Below are positions 38,452-49,294 of a DNA stretch of 64,000 bases, piece by piece (within the stretch, counting starts at the first letter, position 1; each line of letters opens with the position of its first letter). The stretch is taken from the NCBI GenBank assembly GCA_963845515.1, contig CAWJSR010000003.1, positions 96,001 through 160,000 of the forward strand, read 5' to 3'. The DNA is from an uncultured delta proteobacterium. GTDB lineage: Bacteria > Myxococcota > Myxococcia > Myxococcales > Anaeromyxobacteraceae. The translations under genes and the position numbers were made by a program. Below the pieces are notes generated by a model. The model ran no database searches and was not told where the DNA came from. It worked only from the letters and a program-made list of their open reading frames with translations.

Positions 38452-38904
38452 TCAGCGCTCGTGCGCCACGGGGGCGCTCGCACCTCCGAGCACCTCCAGC
38501 CCCTCGCGACGCGCGGCCTCGGCCAGGCGCCGGTCGAAGGTGACGAAGGGGATCGCCTGCGCCAGGCGCTCGGAGAGCAGGAGGGCCGCCGCGAGCTGGC
38601 CGGCGTCGGCTGCCCGCAGGGGATGGAGCAGCAGGCAGCGCTCCGCGCGCGCCGAGACCGCGGTCAGGTCGTTCACCGCGGACCACGTCCGCCGGAGATC
38701 GGCGAGCCTACGGCCGGCCTGCCAGAGCCCTTCCTCGCTGAGCGCTCCGTCGCGCTGCAGTCGGCAGAGCGCCGAGAGGCATTCGACCGGCGTCCACGCC
38801 CAGACCACGACCGCGGGGTCCTGGTCGCGTAGCGCGAGGACCTCGGCCGTCTTCTCCTGGGGGCAGAGGAGCGGAACGACCGCCGACGAGTCCCAGAACC
38901 TCAC
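38452..38904 (-). CDS. vapC: VapC-family PIN domain toxin
   Basis: FWDSSAVV, E in TPVEC, LRAADAGQLAAA, FVTFDRRL; GTGA overlap with the antitoxin gene. Confidence 0.9.
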   Translation of the reverse strand: MRFWDSSAVVPLLCPQEKTAEVLALRDQDPAVVVWAWTPVECLSALCRLQRDGALSEEGLWQAGRRLADLRRTWSAVNDLTAVSARAERCLLLHPLRAADAGQLAAALLLSERLAQAIPFVTFDRRLAEAARREGLEVLGGASAPVAHER

Positions 38905-39203
38905 CGACCGTCCTCCCTCTCCTCGAGCAGCGCCTCGAGCACCGGCGCGGCTTCGCCGGTGATCGGTCCGCGCGACCACTCGGGCCACGGCTGCGTTCCG
39001 CGGTGGAGGAAGCCCTCGCGCTCGAGGTCCTCGAACCGTCGCTCCAGGGACGCGCGCGCGTCGAGCTGGTCCGCGCCCGACGACGGGCGAAGCTCGGCGA
39101 TCACCTCGCCCCGGCGCCTGATCAGGATTCGCTCGCCGGCCTCGACGCGCCTCAAGTAGGCAGCGAGGTGGTTCCTGAATTCGGCGATGGTGGCGTACTT
39201 CAT
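38901..39203 (-). CDS. Phd/YefM-family antitoxin
   Basis: MKYATIAEFRNHLAAYLRRVEAGERILIRRRGEVIAELRP. Confidence 0.9.
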   Translation of the reverse strand: MKYATIAEFRNHLAAYLRRVEAGERILIRRRGEVIAELRPSSGADQLDARASLERRFEDLEREGFLHRGTQPWPEWSRGPITGEAAPVLEALLEEREDGR

Positions 39204-39238
39204 ATGTACATGATGTGCGCCGTAAATGTACGTGTCAA
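39204..39238 (-). promoter_or_regulatory. sigma70 promoter and probable operator of the TA operon
   Basis: TTGACA-17 nt-CATCAT, 6 nt then ATG; two GTACAT sites including palindrome ATGTACAT. Confidence 0.7.
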
Positions 39239-39266
39239 TCCAGGGCCAAATACCTAATATCCTTCC

Positions 39267-39929
39267 ATGAACGTCATCCTCTTCGGCGCGACCGGCATGG
39301 TCGGACAGGGCGTCCTGCGCGAGTGCCTGCTCGATCCCGGCGTGGAGCGCGTCCTCGCGGTCGGGCGGGGACCCACCGGGAAGGTCAGCCCGAAGCTGCG
39401 CGAGCTCGTCCATCGGGACTTCACGGACTTCTCGGCGATCGAGGGGGAGCTCACGGGGTACGACGCCTGCTTCTTCTGCCTGGGCGTCTCGTCGGCCGGG
39501 ATGAAGGAGGCCGACTACAGGCGCGCGACGTACGACTTCACGCTGGCAGCTGCGAAGGTGCTCGCGCGCGCCAACCCACGGATGACCTTCATCTACGTCT
39601 CCGGCGCGGGCACCGACAGCAGCGAGCGCGGGCGCAGCATGTGGGCCCGCGTGAAGGGTGAGACCGAGAACGCGCTGCTCCGGCTCCCGTTCAAGGCGGT
39701 CATGTTCCGGCCGGCGGCGATCCAGCCGCTGCACGGGATCACCTCCAGGACGGCGCTCTACCGCGCGCTGTACCCCCTCATGGCGCCGCTCTTCCCGGTC
39801 CTGAAGGCGCTCTTCCCGAGGTACGTGACGACGACGGAGCGCGTGGGGCGCGCGATGATCCGCGTGGCGCGCGACGGGGCGCCGAAGCCCGTCCTGGAGA
39901 GCTGGGAGATACACGCACTCGGGGGCTAG
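39267..39929 (+). CDS. NAD(P)-binding epimerase/dehydratase-like protein
   Basis: GATGMVG Rossmann motif, DACFFCLG, YVSGAG, WARVKGETEN. Confidence 0.88.
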   Translation: MNVILFGATGMVGQGVLRECLLDPGVERVLAVGRGPTGKVSPKLRELVHRDFTDFSAIEGELTGYDACFFCLGVSSAGMKEADYRRATYDFTLAAAKVLARANPRMTFIYVSGAGTDSSERGRSMWARVKGETENALLRLPFKAVMFRPAAIQPLHGITSRTALYRALYPLMAPLFPVLKALFPRYVTTTERVGRAMIRVARDGAPKPVLESWEIHALGG

Positions 39930-39995
39930 CGGGCGTTTCCAGCGGCGCCGCGCCGGGCGCGCCGCTAGGTGCAGCCTCGGACCAAGGAGGCGCCC

Positions 39996-40436
39996 ATGCG
40001 GTTCATGGTGATCGTGAAGGCCAACAAGGACTCGGAGGCAGGGACCCTGCCCGATGAGAAGGCCCTGACGGAGATGTCGAAGTTCAACGAGGAGCTGGTG
40101 AAGGCCGGAGTCATGCTCGCGGGCGAAGGGCTCCACCCGAGCTCGGAGGGAGCGCGCGTGAAGTTCGCCGAGGGCGGAGCGCGGCTGGTGACCGAAGGCC
40201 CCTTCGGCGAGACGACGCAGCTGGTCGCGGGCTACTGGGTCTGGCAGGTGAAGTCGAAGGAAGAGGCGATCGAGTGGGTGAAGCGTGCCCCGTTCGGTCC
40301 AGGGTCCGAGCTGGAGATCCGCCGAGTGTTCGAGGCGGAGGAGTTCGGGGAGGCGTTCACCCCGGAGCTGCGCGACAGGGAGGAGTGGATGCGGCAGCTG
40401 GTGTCGGCGGGCGAGAGCGCGCACCAGGCGACGTGA
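39996..40436 (+). CDS. YciI/DGPF family protein
   Basis: AAGGAGG RBS; FNEELVKAGV..AGEGLHPS, TEGPFGET, AGYW, EIRR. Confidence 0.9.
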   Translation: MRFMVIVKANKDSEAGTLPDEKALTEMSKFNEELVKAGVMLAGEGLHPSSEGARVKFAEGGARLVTEGPFGETTQLVAGYWVWQVKSKEEAIEWVKRAPFGPGSELEIRRVFEAEEFGEAFTPELRDREEWMRQLVSAGESAHQAT

Positions 40437-40442
40437 GGGAGG

Positions 40443-40556
40443 GCCCCTCACCCAGCCTCTCCCCGCGGGGCGGGGGAGAGGTGTATCCCCAAGGGATGCG
40501 CTGAATGGTCAGCGCCGCGGGGGCGGGGGAGAGGTGCAATCCCCGGGGGGAGAGGG
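40443..40556. repeat. Composite BoxC-like repeat (copy E)
   Basis: Reverse-complement relative of 17241-17338 including the CCCCAAGG...ATGCG(C/T)TGAATG(G/C)TCAG core, plus an extra half copy. Confidence 0.85.
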
Positions 40557-40592
40557 TCGGTCGCCTGGGGCTCTGCGCCCCCCCCCCCCGGG

Positions 40593-41921
40593 CTACTTCT
40601 TCTTCGCGGGCGCCGGAGCCGCCAGGGCCTCCAACTTCGCGTCGATCCGCCTGGCGCGGCGCAGCTCACCGGCCTCGTGCTTGATCTCGGTGAGGTCGCG
40701 CTGCAGCTCGCTCCAGCCGTACCAGGTGACGTAGTCGGGGTTGGCGTGGAACGCCCCCTGGAACGCGCGCATACGGTGCTCCAGGAACATCACGAAGAGC
40801 TTCTGCTCCACCGGCGTCGGCGCGTCGTGGAAGGTGAGCAGGTCGGGGAAGGCGAAGGAGTACGCCTTCGGCTTGGCGAGCGTGCCGTCCTGGTAGAGCC
40901 CCGCCACCTCGCGGATCGCCTCGGCCATCAGGTGGTCGATGTCGCGGATGAGGCCGTCGGCCTGCTTGAGCTGCTCCTGCGCGAAGCTCCCCGAGTGGCA
41001 CTGCGTGCAGGCCTTCATCAGCTTCGCCCGCTCCTTGTCGAACTCCTCCTGGGTGAGCCGCGCCACCTGCGCCGCCTTCACCACCTCGAGCCGCGCCGTC
41101 GGCTGCCCCTTGGGGTCGAGCACGCCGAGCCCTTGCAGGATCGTCACGCGGTCGGCCGTCCACTGCGCGTCACCCTCGGGCATCGGGAGGCGCACGGCGA
41201 GGAAGCCCCACGGCGTGCGGACCTCGTGGTTCCCCTCCTGCATGTGGCAGGACTGGCAGGTCGGCGCCGCGGCGTCCTTCGAGATGGTCCCCGTCCGCTT
41301 CAGCTCGTTCCGGACGCCGTGCTTGGACGACGAGTACATCTCCCACTGCGGGTGGTCGAACCCCATGTGGCAGGTCTTGCAGGCCTCCGGCTGCCTCGCC
41401 TCCTCCTTCGAGAAGAGGTGGCGCGTGTGGCAGGCGTCGCAGCCCGCCACCCCGTAGCCGCCGGTCACCTCGCGCAGCTCCTTCGCCTCCGCCTCGCTCT
41501 TGTTGCCGAGCTTGTGGCAGCCGCCGCAGCCCTTGAGCCCCTCGCGGACCGCGAGCGCCTGGTAGTGGAACGTCGGCATCGCCTTCACGGCGGCCCACGC
41601 GAAGGCGTGCTTCCCCTTGTTGAACTGGGCGACCTGGTCGCCGTGGCACCCGGCGCAGGTGCCGGGGTTCGGCATCGTGGCCTTCTTCGCGTCGTCCTTC
41701 CCCTTGTGGGCGGAGCCGTGGCAGTCGGCGCAGCCGACCCCCATCCCGGAGTGCTTCGACGCCTTCCAGTCGGAGACGACGCTCGGGGAGGAGCTCTCGT
41801 GGCAGGCGACGCAGGCGTCGGCCTTCGCGGCCTTCTTCGCCTTCGCGGCTGCGCTCGCCGGCGCGGCGCCGAGGAGGAGGGTGAAGGCCGCAGCCATCGC
41901 GGCCAGTCGGGTGGCGTTCAT
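40593..41921 (-). CDS. Periplasmic octaheme cytochrome c, hydroxylamine oxidoreductase (Hao)-like
   Basis: Signal peptide; eight CxxCH; CHTRHLFS..EARQPEACKTCHMGFDHPQWEMY..SKHG; FHANPDYVTWYGW. Confidence 0.88.
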   Translation of the reverse strand: MNATRLAAMAAAFTLLLGAAPASAAAKAKKAAKADACVACHESSSPSVVSDWKASKHSGMGVGCADCHGSAHKGKDDAKKATMPNPGTCAGCHGDQVAQFNKGKHAFAWAAVKAMPTFHYQALAVREGLKGCGGCHKLGNKSEAEAKELREVTGGYGVAGCDACHTRHLFSKEEARQPEACKTCHMGFDHPQWEMYSSSKHGVRNELKRTGTISKDAAAPTCQSCHMQEGNHEVRTPWGFLAVRLPMPEGDAQWTADRVTILQGLGVLDPKGQPTARLEVVKAAQVARLTQEEFDKERAKLMKACTQCHSGSFAQEQLKQADGLIRDIDHLMAEAIREVAGLYQDGTLAKPKAYSFAFPDLLTFHDAPTPVEQKLFVMFLEHRMRAFQGAFHANPDYVTWYGWSELQRDLTEIKHEAGELRRARRIDAKLEALAAPAPAKKK

Positions 41922-41991
41922 CGTGCTCTCCAGTGTGGTTGGGTTGTGAGGCGTTGCGAGATGATGGAAGGACCAGGGCGCCGCGAAGCGG

Positions 41992-42801
41992 TCATCCGGG
42001 GATCGACCCGAAGAGGAGCACCGCGAGGGTCGCGGTGGTGGCGACGACCAGCGACCAGCCGAGGGCCCTGAGGCGCGCCGCGGAGAAGCGGCCGAGGCAG
42101 ACGACCAGCGAGAGGGCAGCGGTGGGGAGCACGGCCGCGGGCACGATCCAGCCGAGCCCGGCCGCCATCGCCGCCGCCGACCCGCCGAGCGAGATCGCGA
42201 GGACGTACGCGGCGTGGAGCAGGCCCGGCGCCTGCGCGCCGCGTGAGCGCGCCCGCAGGAGGACCGTCTGGACGGCGAAGACCGAGCAGCCGAACGCGAT
42301 CGCCCACGTGGCGAACGCGGCCGTCGCGGCGTCCGCGGTCGCCCCAGAGGCGAGCGCCACGACGCCGCCTGCCCCAGCGAGCGCGAAGGCTACGGTCAGC
42401 TCGCCCGGGATGGTCCGCTCCTGCTCCAGGAGGACCAGGAGGACGACGACCGCAGCGAGCGCGGCGGGGACGAGCGCGGCCATGCGGGCGGCCGGCGCAG
42501 CCAGCAGCAGGCCGGTCGCGCCGGTGACCCCCGCGGCGGCCAGCAGGCCGACCATCAGCCGCAGGGCGCGTGGCCCGTCCTGCAGCCGCGCCCGCTCGCC
42601 CCGGTGCCCGAGCGCGACGAGCCACGGCTCGTGGGCCAGGAAGGCGAGCACGGTGGCCGCGGCGATGAGCACGGCGGGGAGGGTGGGGCGCGCGAGCGCG
42701 AGCCCGCTGACGAGCGGCATCGCGAGCTGGCCCCAGGCGCCGTGCTCCTGCGGTAGGAGGGAGCGAGGTGCTGCCACCGGAACGGTCGTGGCGCCGGTCA
42801 C
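41992..42801 (-). CDS. YwiC-like membrane protein
   Basis: LPQEHGAW motif, multiple TM helices, L-G-W near the C-terminus; GTGA overlap with the upstream gene. Confidence 0.82.
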   Translation of the reverse strand: MTGATTVPVAAPRSLLPQEHGAWGQLAMPLVSGLALARPTLPAVLIAAATVLAFLAHEPWLVALGHRGERARLQDGPRALRLMVGLLAAAGVTGATGLLLAAPAARMAALVPAALAAVVVLLVLLEQERTIPGELTVAFALAGAGGVVALASGATADAATAAFATWAIAFGCSVFAVQTVLLRARSRGAQAPGLLHAAYVLAISLGGSAAAMAAGLGWIVPAAVLPTAALSLVVCLGRFSAARLRALGWSLVVATTATLAVLLFGSIPG

Positions 42802-43376
42802 CGCGCCCCCACTTCGCTGACACCGGCGGCGAGGTGGCGCGCGACCAGCCCGCTCGCGAGCTGCTCCAGCCGCTCCCTGGTTCCATCCTCGGTCGCCCGC
42901 GCGTCGAAGGCGGCGCACTGCTCGTCGACGCTCTCCTTCAGGTCTGGCGACAGCCGCTGCTCGGCCATCGGGTAGAGGATCTCGTCCTCCTTGTGGATGT
43001 GGCTCCGCAGCAGGTCGGCGTAGCCCCGGGCGGCCACGTAGATCTCCTCGCGGTCCTCGGGCGTCCACGCGATGCGGGTGGCCGCGAGGGCGAGGAGCGT
43101 CGCGACGTGCTCGCGCCCGACGTCGTGCTCCTGCAGCATCACCGCGATCGGCCCCGCGTCGCGCGGGAACCCCGCCTCGATCATCGCTGGGAAGAGGATC
43201 TGCTCCTCCTTGCCGTGGTGCAGGACGTCCGCGTAGTCGCGGATGAAGGAGAGGAACCGGAACAGCTCCTCGCGATCCCCGCCACCACTGCGGACCCCCT
43301 CCGCGAAGGCGACGAGCGCGTCGACGCCGCGAAGGATCAGCTGGTGCTCGGTCATCAATCTCTCGGTCGCTTCCAT
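42798..43376 (-). CDS. Hemerythrin/HHE cation-binding domain protein
   Basis: LMTEH, HHGKEE..LFP, GPIAVMLQEH, HIHKEDEILYP. Confidence 0.9.
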   Translation of the reverse strand: MEATERLMTEHQLILRGVDALVAFAEGVRSGGGDREELFRFLSFIRDYADVLHHGKEEQILFPAMIEAGFPRDAGPIAVMLQEHDVGREHVATLLALAATRIAWTPEDREEIYVAARGYADLLRSHIHKEDEILYPMAEQRLSPDLKESVDEQCAAFDARATEDGTRERLEQLASGLVARHLAAGVSEVGAR

Positions 43377-43428
43377 CGGGTTTCTCCGGTGGCGCCTTGG
43401 TGGCGCTGCGGATTCCTTAGCCGTGGAA

Positions 43429-43444
43429 AGCACGCCGCGCGCCA
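43429..43444 (-). promoter_or_regulatory. Putative sigma54 (-24/-12) promoter
   Basis: TGGCGCGCGGCGTGCT (GG-N10-GC) about 50 bp upstream of the hemerythrin ATG. Confidence 0.55.
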
Positions 43445-43594
43445 GGTTCCAACCGCCCGGAAACACGGGCGACGGCCCCAGCGGCCCGGCACGCGCCACC
43501 CGCGGGCCGGTGGGGGTACACCGAAATATGGGTGCACACGGCCCCTGCGCGCCTCGCCCCGCCTGGGGCCCATGCGCCGGCGGACCCGGTACCG

Positions 43595-44227
43595 CTACCC
43601 TCGGAAGAGCCCCTCCTTCACGGTCCCGATCATCCCCGCCTGCATCGACCGCTGGTCGACCCGCGCCAGCCTCCGGGCCTGCGTCGGGGTGAGGAGGTGG
43701 TGGTCGGGGAGCGCCTTGAGCGCGGCGTCGACTGTGTCGACCGCCTCGTCGCGCAGCTCCCAGCCGAGCCGGTCGAAGCGGGCCAGCGGCAGCGGCGAGG
43801 TGTGCATCCGGAGCGTCCGCTCCCCAACGAGGTTGAAGTAGTCCTCGAAGTAGCTCATCACCAATTCGCGCACGGACCGGTAGACCGGCTCGCGGTAGCG
43901 CAGCCCCGTGAAGTTCGACTTGGCGATGGCCCCCCAGGCGCGGCCCTGCCGGAACACGGCGACGACGTGGCCGTCGTCGCGGACCGCCCACATCCCGAGG
44001 ACCGCCGGGGCGTGCCCGAGGCGTCGCAAGGCAGCCGCAGCCAGGAGCGCGCCGTCGAGGCAGTGAGCCCGCCGCTCGGCGAGGACCCGGCGCGGCGAGG
44101 CCGGCTGGTCCTCTGTCCGGTAGGCGAGCGTATCGATGAACGCCTGGATCCTCGCCGGCGTCGAGAGGCTGCGGAGGACGGCCCGCTCGGCGGGGGTCCA
44201 GGGAGCGGCGGCGTTGCGGGGGCTCAT
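43595..44227 (-). CDS. Hypothetical protein, possible transglutaminase/papain-like fold
   Basis: TPARIQAFID, SPRRVL...AHCLDGALLAAAAL, DDGHVVAVF, WGAIAKSN, LRYREPVYRS..ELVMSYF. Confidence 0.75.
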   Translation of the reverse strand: MSPRNAAAPWTPAERAVLRSLSTPARIQAFIDTLAYRTEDQPASPRRVLAERRAHCLDGALLAAAALRRLGHAPAVLGMWAVRDDGHVVAVFRQGRAWGAIAKSNFTGLRYREPVYRSVRELVMSYFEDYFNLVGERTLRMHTSPLPLARFDRLGWELRDEAVDTVDAALKALPDHHLLTPTQARRLARVDQRSMQAGMIGTVKEGLFRG

Positions 44228-44292
44228 GGCGGCGCATTCTATGTGGTCCGGCGGCGGCGCGGCGACACGGGGATGGCGGCTCCTGCGAGCGC

Positions 44293-46785
44293 TCACCGGC
44301 ACCAGAGGACGTGAGCCTCCTCCGCCGGCACCAGCGCGCCTGGGTGGAACGGGATGGCGCGCGGCGTGTAGTCGGAGGCCGGACGCGCCGCCGGAACGGT
44401 GGCGTGGTACCGGTAGCCACCGCCTGCGACCTGCGCGCCGCGCTCCATCGTCGTGCGCCACGGCTGGTGGTCCCCGGCGGCGGGCTCGGCGTACACCTCG
44501 ACGCGGAACCACTGCGGGAGCAGCTCGGCGGCGTGGAGGGTCACGTCGACCTGCCAGGTGTCGCCCTCGAGCGTCACCGTCAGGTTCGAGAACCGGAGCT
44601 CGCGCCAGTAGCGCTCGATCGCCCCCTGCCACGCGCGGAGCTCCCTGGCGTGGCGGCCGTCGCTCTCGCCGGTCCTCCTCCGGAACGCCCGGGAGGCCGG
44701 AACGTAGAAGTCGTCGACGTACTCCCGCATCATGCGCGTCGCGGAGAACTGGGGAGCGAGCCGGGCCATGCTGGCGCGCATGCGCGCGACCCACGCCTCT
44801 GGAATGCCGTCCCGCGTCCGCTCGTAGAAGGCCGGGACGACCTGCTCCTCCAGGAGTCGATAGAGGGCCAGCGCGTCGGCGGCGTCGTCCCCCCCGGCGG
44901 GCAGCGCCCACCCGACGTCCTCCTCGTAGGCCTCCGCCCACCAGCCGTCCAGCACGGAGAGGTTGAGGCCGCCGTTGGCGAGCACCTTCATCCCGCTCGT
45001 GCCGCAGGCCTCCCAGGGGCGCCGCGGCGTGTTGACCCAGACGTCCACCCCCTCGATCAGGTGCCGGGCGAGCGCGATGTCGTAGTCCTCGAGGAAGACG
45101 ACGCGCGTCCGGACGGCGCGACGTTCGGTGAACTCGACCCAGGCGCGGACGAGCCGCTTCCCCTCCTCGTCCGCCGGGTGGGCCTTCCCGGCGACCACGA
45201 GCTGGACCGGGCGCCTCGGATCCGCGAGCAGCCGCGCGAGCCGCTCCGGGTCCCGGAGGAGGAGGTTGGGGCGCTTGTATTCGGCGAAGCGGCGGGCGAA
45301 CCCGAGCGTGAGCGCGTCCGGGTCGAGCAGGTCCAGCGAGAGCGTCACCCTGTCCGCGGTGGCGCCCTTCCGGACCTGCTGGTTCCAGAGCCGGTCGCGC
45401 ACCCAGCCAACGAGCGCCTTGCGCGAGCCGCAGCGGAACGCCCAGAGATCGGCGTCGCTCGTGCTCGTGACGCACGCCAGGGTCTCGGGGTTCTCCAGCC
45501 ATCGCTCGCGGCCGCAGGCTCGCGTCCAGAGCTGGTCGGCCTCGGGGGACTCCCACGAGGGGACGTGCACGCCGTTGGTCACGTGTCGGACCGGGATCTC
45601 GCACAGGGGCCAGCGCGGGTAGAGCCCGGCGAAGATCGAGCGGCTCACCTCGCCGTGGAGCCGGCTCACCCCGTTGGCTCGCGCGGAGAGCCGCAGCGCG
45701 AGGATGGCCATGTTGAATGGCTCGGTCTCGTCGCCGGCGTCGCGTCGTCCGAGGGCCAGCAGCTCGTCGAGCGAGATGCCCATGGCCCGGCAGAAGGGAT
45801 CGCGCAGGTACTCCTGAACGAGGAGTGGGGAGAAGGCGTCGAAGCCGGCCGCCACTGGCGTGTGCGTCGTGAAGACGTTGCCGGCGCGCGTGGCCCAGAC
45901 GGCCTCCCGGAAGGACATGTGCATCGCGGACATGCACTGGCGGACCCGCTCCAGCGTGGCGAGCGCGGCGTGCCCCTCGTTGAGGTGGCAGACGTCCACC
46001 TTGCGGCCGAGCGCGTCGAGCGCCCGCCAGCCGCCGATCCCCAGGGCCATCTCCTGGAGGAGCCTGAGCTCGACGCCGCCGCCGTAGAGCTTCGACGTGA
46101 TGCCGCGGTCCACGGGCGTGTTGAGCGGGTCGTTGGAGTCGAGGAGGAGGAGCGGTACGCGACCGACGTCGAGGGTCCAGACCCGCAGCGAGAGGCTTCG
46201 GCCAGGCAGCTCGACGGGTACGCGCAGCCAGCTTCCGTCCGGCGCCCGCGCCGGCTGGACGGGAAGGCCCATGGGGTCGTTGAACGGATAGGTCTCGTTC
46301 TGCCAGCCAGTCCGGTCCACCATCTGGCGGAAGTAGCCCTCCTGGTAGAGCAGCCCGACGCCGACGAGCGGGACGGCGAGATCGCTCGCGGCCTTGAGCG
46401 CATCGCCGGCCAGGATGCCAAGGCCGCCAGCGTAGAGCGGCAGCCCCTCGCCCAGGCCGAACTCCATGCTGAAGTAGGCTGCGCAGCCCAGGGCGCCGTC
46501 GTGAGCCTGCGCGAACCAGGTCGGACGCGCCAGCTCGGCCTCGCGCTCCGCGGCGATCCGCCAGAGGAAGGCGCGGAACGCCGCGTCGCGCGCCAGCTCG
46601 CGGATACGGGACTCGGTCAGGTTGTGCAGCACCACCCAGGCGCTGCCGGACCGCTCCCAGAGCGCGGGGGACACCTCGCGCCAGAAGGCCACGCCGGTGG
46701 CGCTCATGCTCCAGCGGAGGTCGAGGGCGAGATCCCAGAGCGGCTCCAGCTCGCGGGGAAGCGCGATGGACATGAACTGGGTCAT
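44293..46785 (-). CDS. glgP: Alpha-glucan phosphorylase (second subfamily)
   Basis: AYFSMEFG, YAGGLGILAGD, HLNEGH, FTTHTPV, FARRFAEYKR, EACGTSGMK. Confidence 0.95.
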   Translation of the reverse strand: MTQFMSIALPRELEPLWDLALDLRWSMSATGVAFWREVSPALWERSGSAWVVLHNLTESRIRELARDAAFRAFLWRIAAEREAELARPTWFAQAHDGALGCAAYFSMEFGLGEGLPLYAGGLGILAGDALKAASDLAVPLVGVGLLYQEGYFRQMVDRTGWQNETYPFNDPMGLPVQPARAPDGSWLRVPVELPGRSLSLRVWTLDVGRVPLLLLDSNDPLNTPVDRGITSKLYGGGVELRLLQEMALGIGGWRALDALGRKVDVCHLNEGHAALATLERVRQCMSAMHMSFREAVWATRAGNVFTTHTPVAAGFDAFSPLLVQEYLRDPFCRAMGISLDELLALGRRDAGDETEPFNMAILALRLSARANGVSRLHGEVSRSIFAGLYPRWPLCEIPVRHVTNGVHVPSWESPEADQLWTRACGRERWLENPETLACVTSTSDADLWAFRCGSRKALVGWVRDRLWNQQVRKGATADRVTLSLDLLDPDALTLGFARRFAEYKRPNLLLRDPERLARLLADPRRPVQLVVAGKAHPADEEGKRLVRAWVEFTERRAVRTRVVFLEDYDIALARHLIEGVDVWVNTPRRPWEACGTSGMKVLANGGLNLSVLDGWWAEAYEEDVGWALPAGGDDAADALALYRLLEEQVVPAFYERTRDGIPEAWVARMRASMARLAPQFSATRMMREYVDDFYVPASRAFRRRTGESDGRHARELRAWQGAIERYWRELRFSNLTVTLEGDTWQVDVTLHAAELLPQWFRVEVYAEPAAGDHQPWRTTMERGAQVAGGGYRYHATVPAARPASDYTPRAIPFHPGALVPAEEAHVLWCR

Positions 46786-46809
46786 CGCCGCTCCTCCCGC
46801 CCGGCCACA

Positions 46810-48576
<1,767 letters not shown>

Positions 48577-48758
48577 GTCGCCAGTCCTCGGACGCCGCGG
48601 CGGGACCCACGCACCGCGCCGCATGAGCAGCGCCGCCTGACGTCCATGGAGAGTATAGCTTCCGGGGCACCGCGCCGGCCCTGCGGATCCCTCGATCGAC
48701 GGCACCTTTCGGGGCGCGCGCGGCGCGGACCTCCCTTTGGAGGGAGAGGGCCGGCGAG

Positions 48759-49196
48759 TCACCTGCGGCGCACCACCAGCACCGAGCAGCGCGCGTCGCG
48801 CACCACCGCCTGCGCGACCGAGCCGAAGAGCAGCCGATCGACCTCGGCGCGCCCGTGCGTCCCCATCACGATGACGTCGTACGGGCGCTCGGCGGCCGCC
48901 TTCAGCAGCTCCGTGGCGGGGTCGCCGGTGAGCAGGGCGAACTCCACGGGGCGGCTGGTGAGCCTCCGCGCCTCGTCCGACCACTCCCCGAGCAGGCGCT
49001 CCAGCTCCAGCCTGCCGCGGGCGAGCGAGACCGAGCCGGTGAGGGTCGCGTCGGTGGTTGGCCCACTCGACCGATCGTCGACGTGGACCAGCGTCAGCTC
49101 CGCGCCGAACCGGGTCGCCAGCTCCGCCGCCTGCTCCAGCGCGGCGCGCGACTCCGGGGAGAAGTCCACCGAGCAGCCGATCCTTCGCCAGGTCAT
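48759..49196 (-). CDS. Universal stress protein
   Basis: VDFSPES, LTLVHV, GDPA, IVMGTHGR, FGSVA..VVR...SVLVV. Confidence 0.92.
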   Translation of the reverse strand: MTWRRIGCSVDFSPESRAALEQAAELATRFGAELTLVHVDDRSSGPTTDATLTGSVSLARGRLELERLLGEWSDEARRLTSRPVEFALLTGDPATELLKAAAERPYDVIVMGTHGRAEVDRLLFGSVAQAVVRDARCSVLVVRRR

Positions 49197-49294
49197 GGCT
49201 CAACGATAGACCCGCGCCCGGTGGGCGCCGACCCTCCTCGCTGGGGAGCCCCGAAGGTCGGGCCCCGGCGCTCCCCCGTGCTAAACCACTGGAC

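Noticed and set aside
40574..40592. Poly-C tract as a phase-variation switch
   Set aside because: It lies between convergent gene ends beside repeat E, where length change would affect neither a frame nor a promoter.
48577..48758. sigma54 promoter for acsA
   Set aside because: Only a weak GG-N10-GC match lacking the flanking consensus; expected by chance at this GC content.
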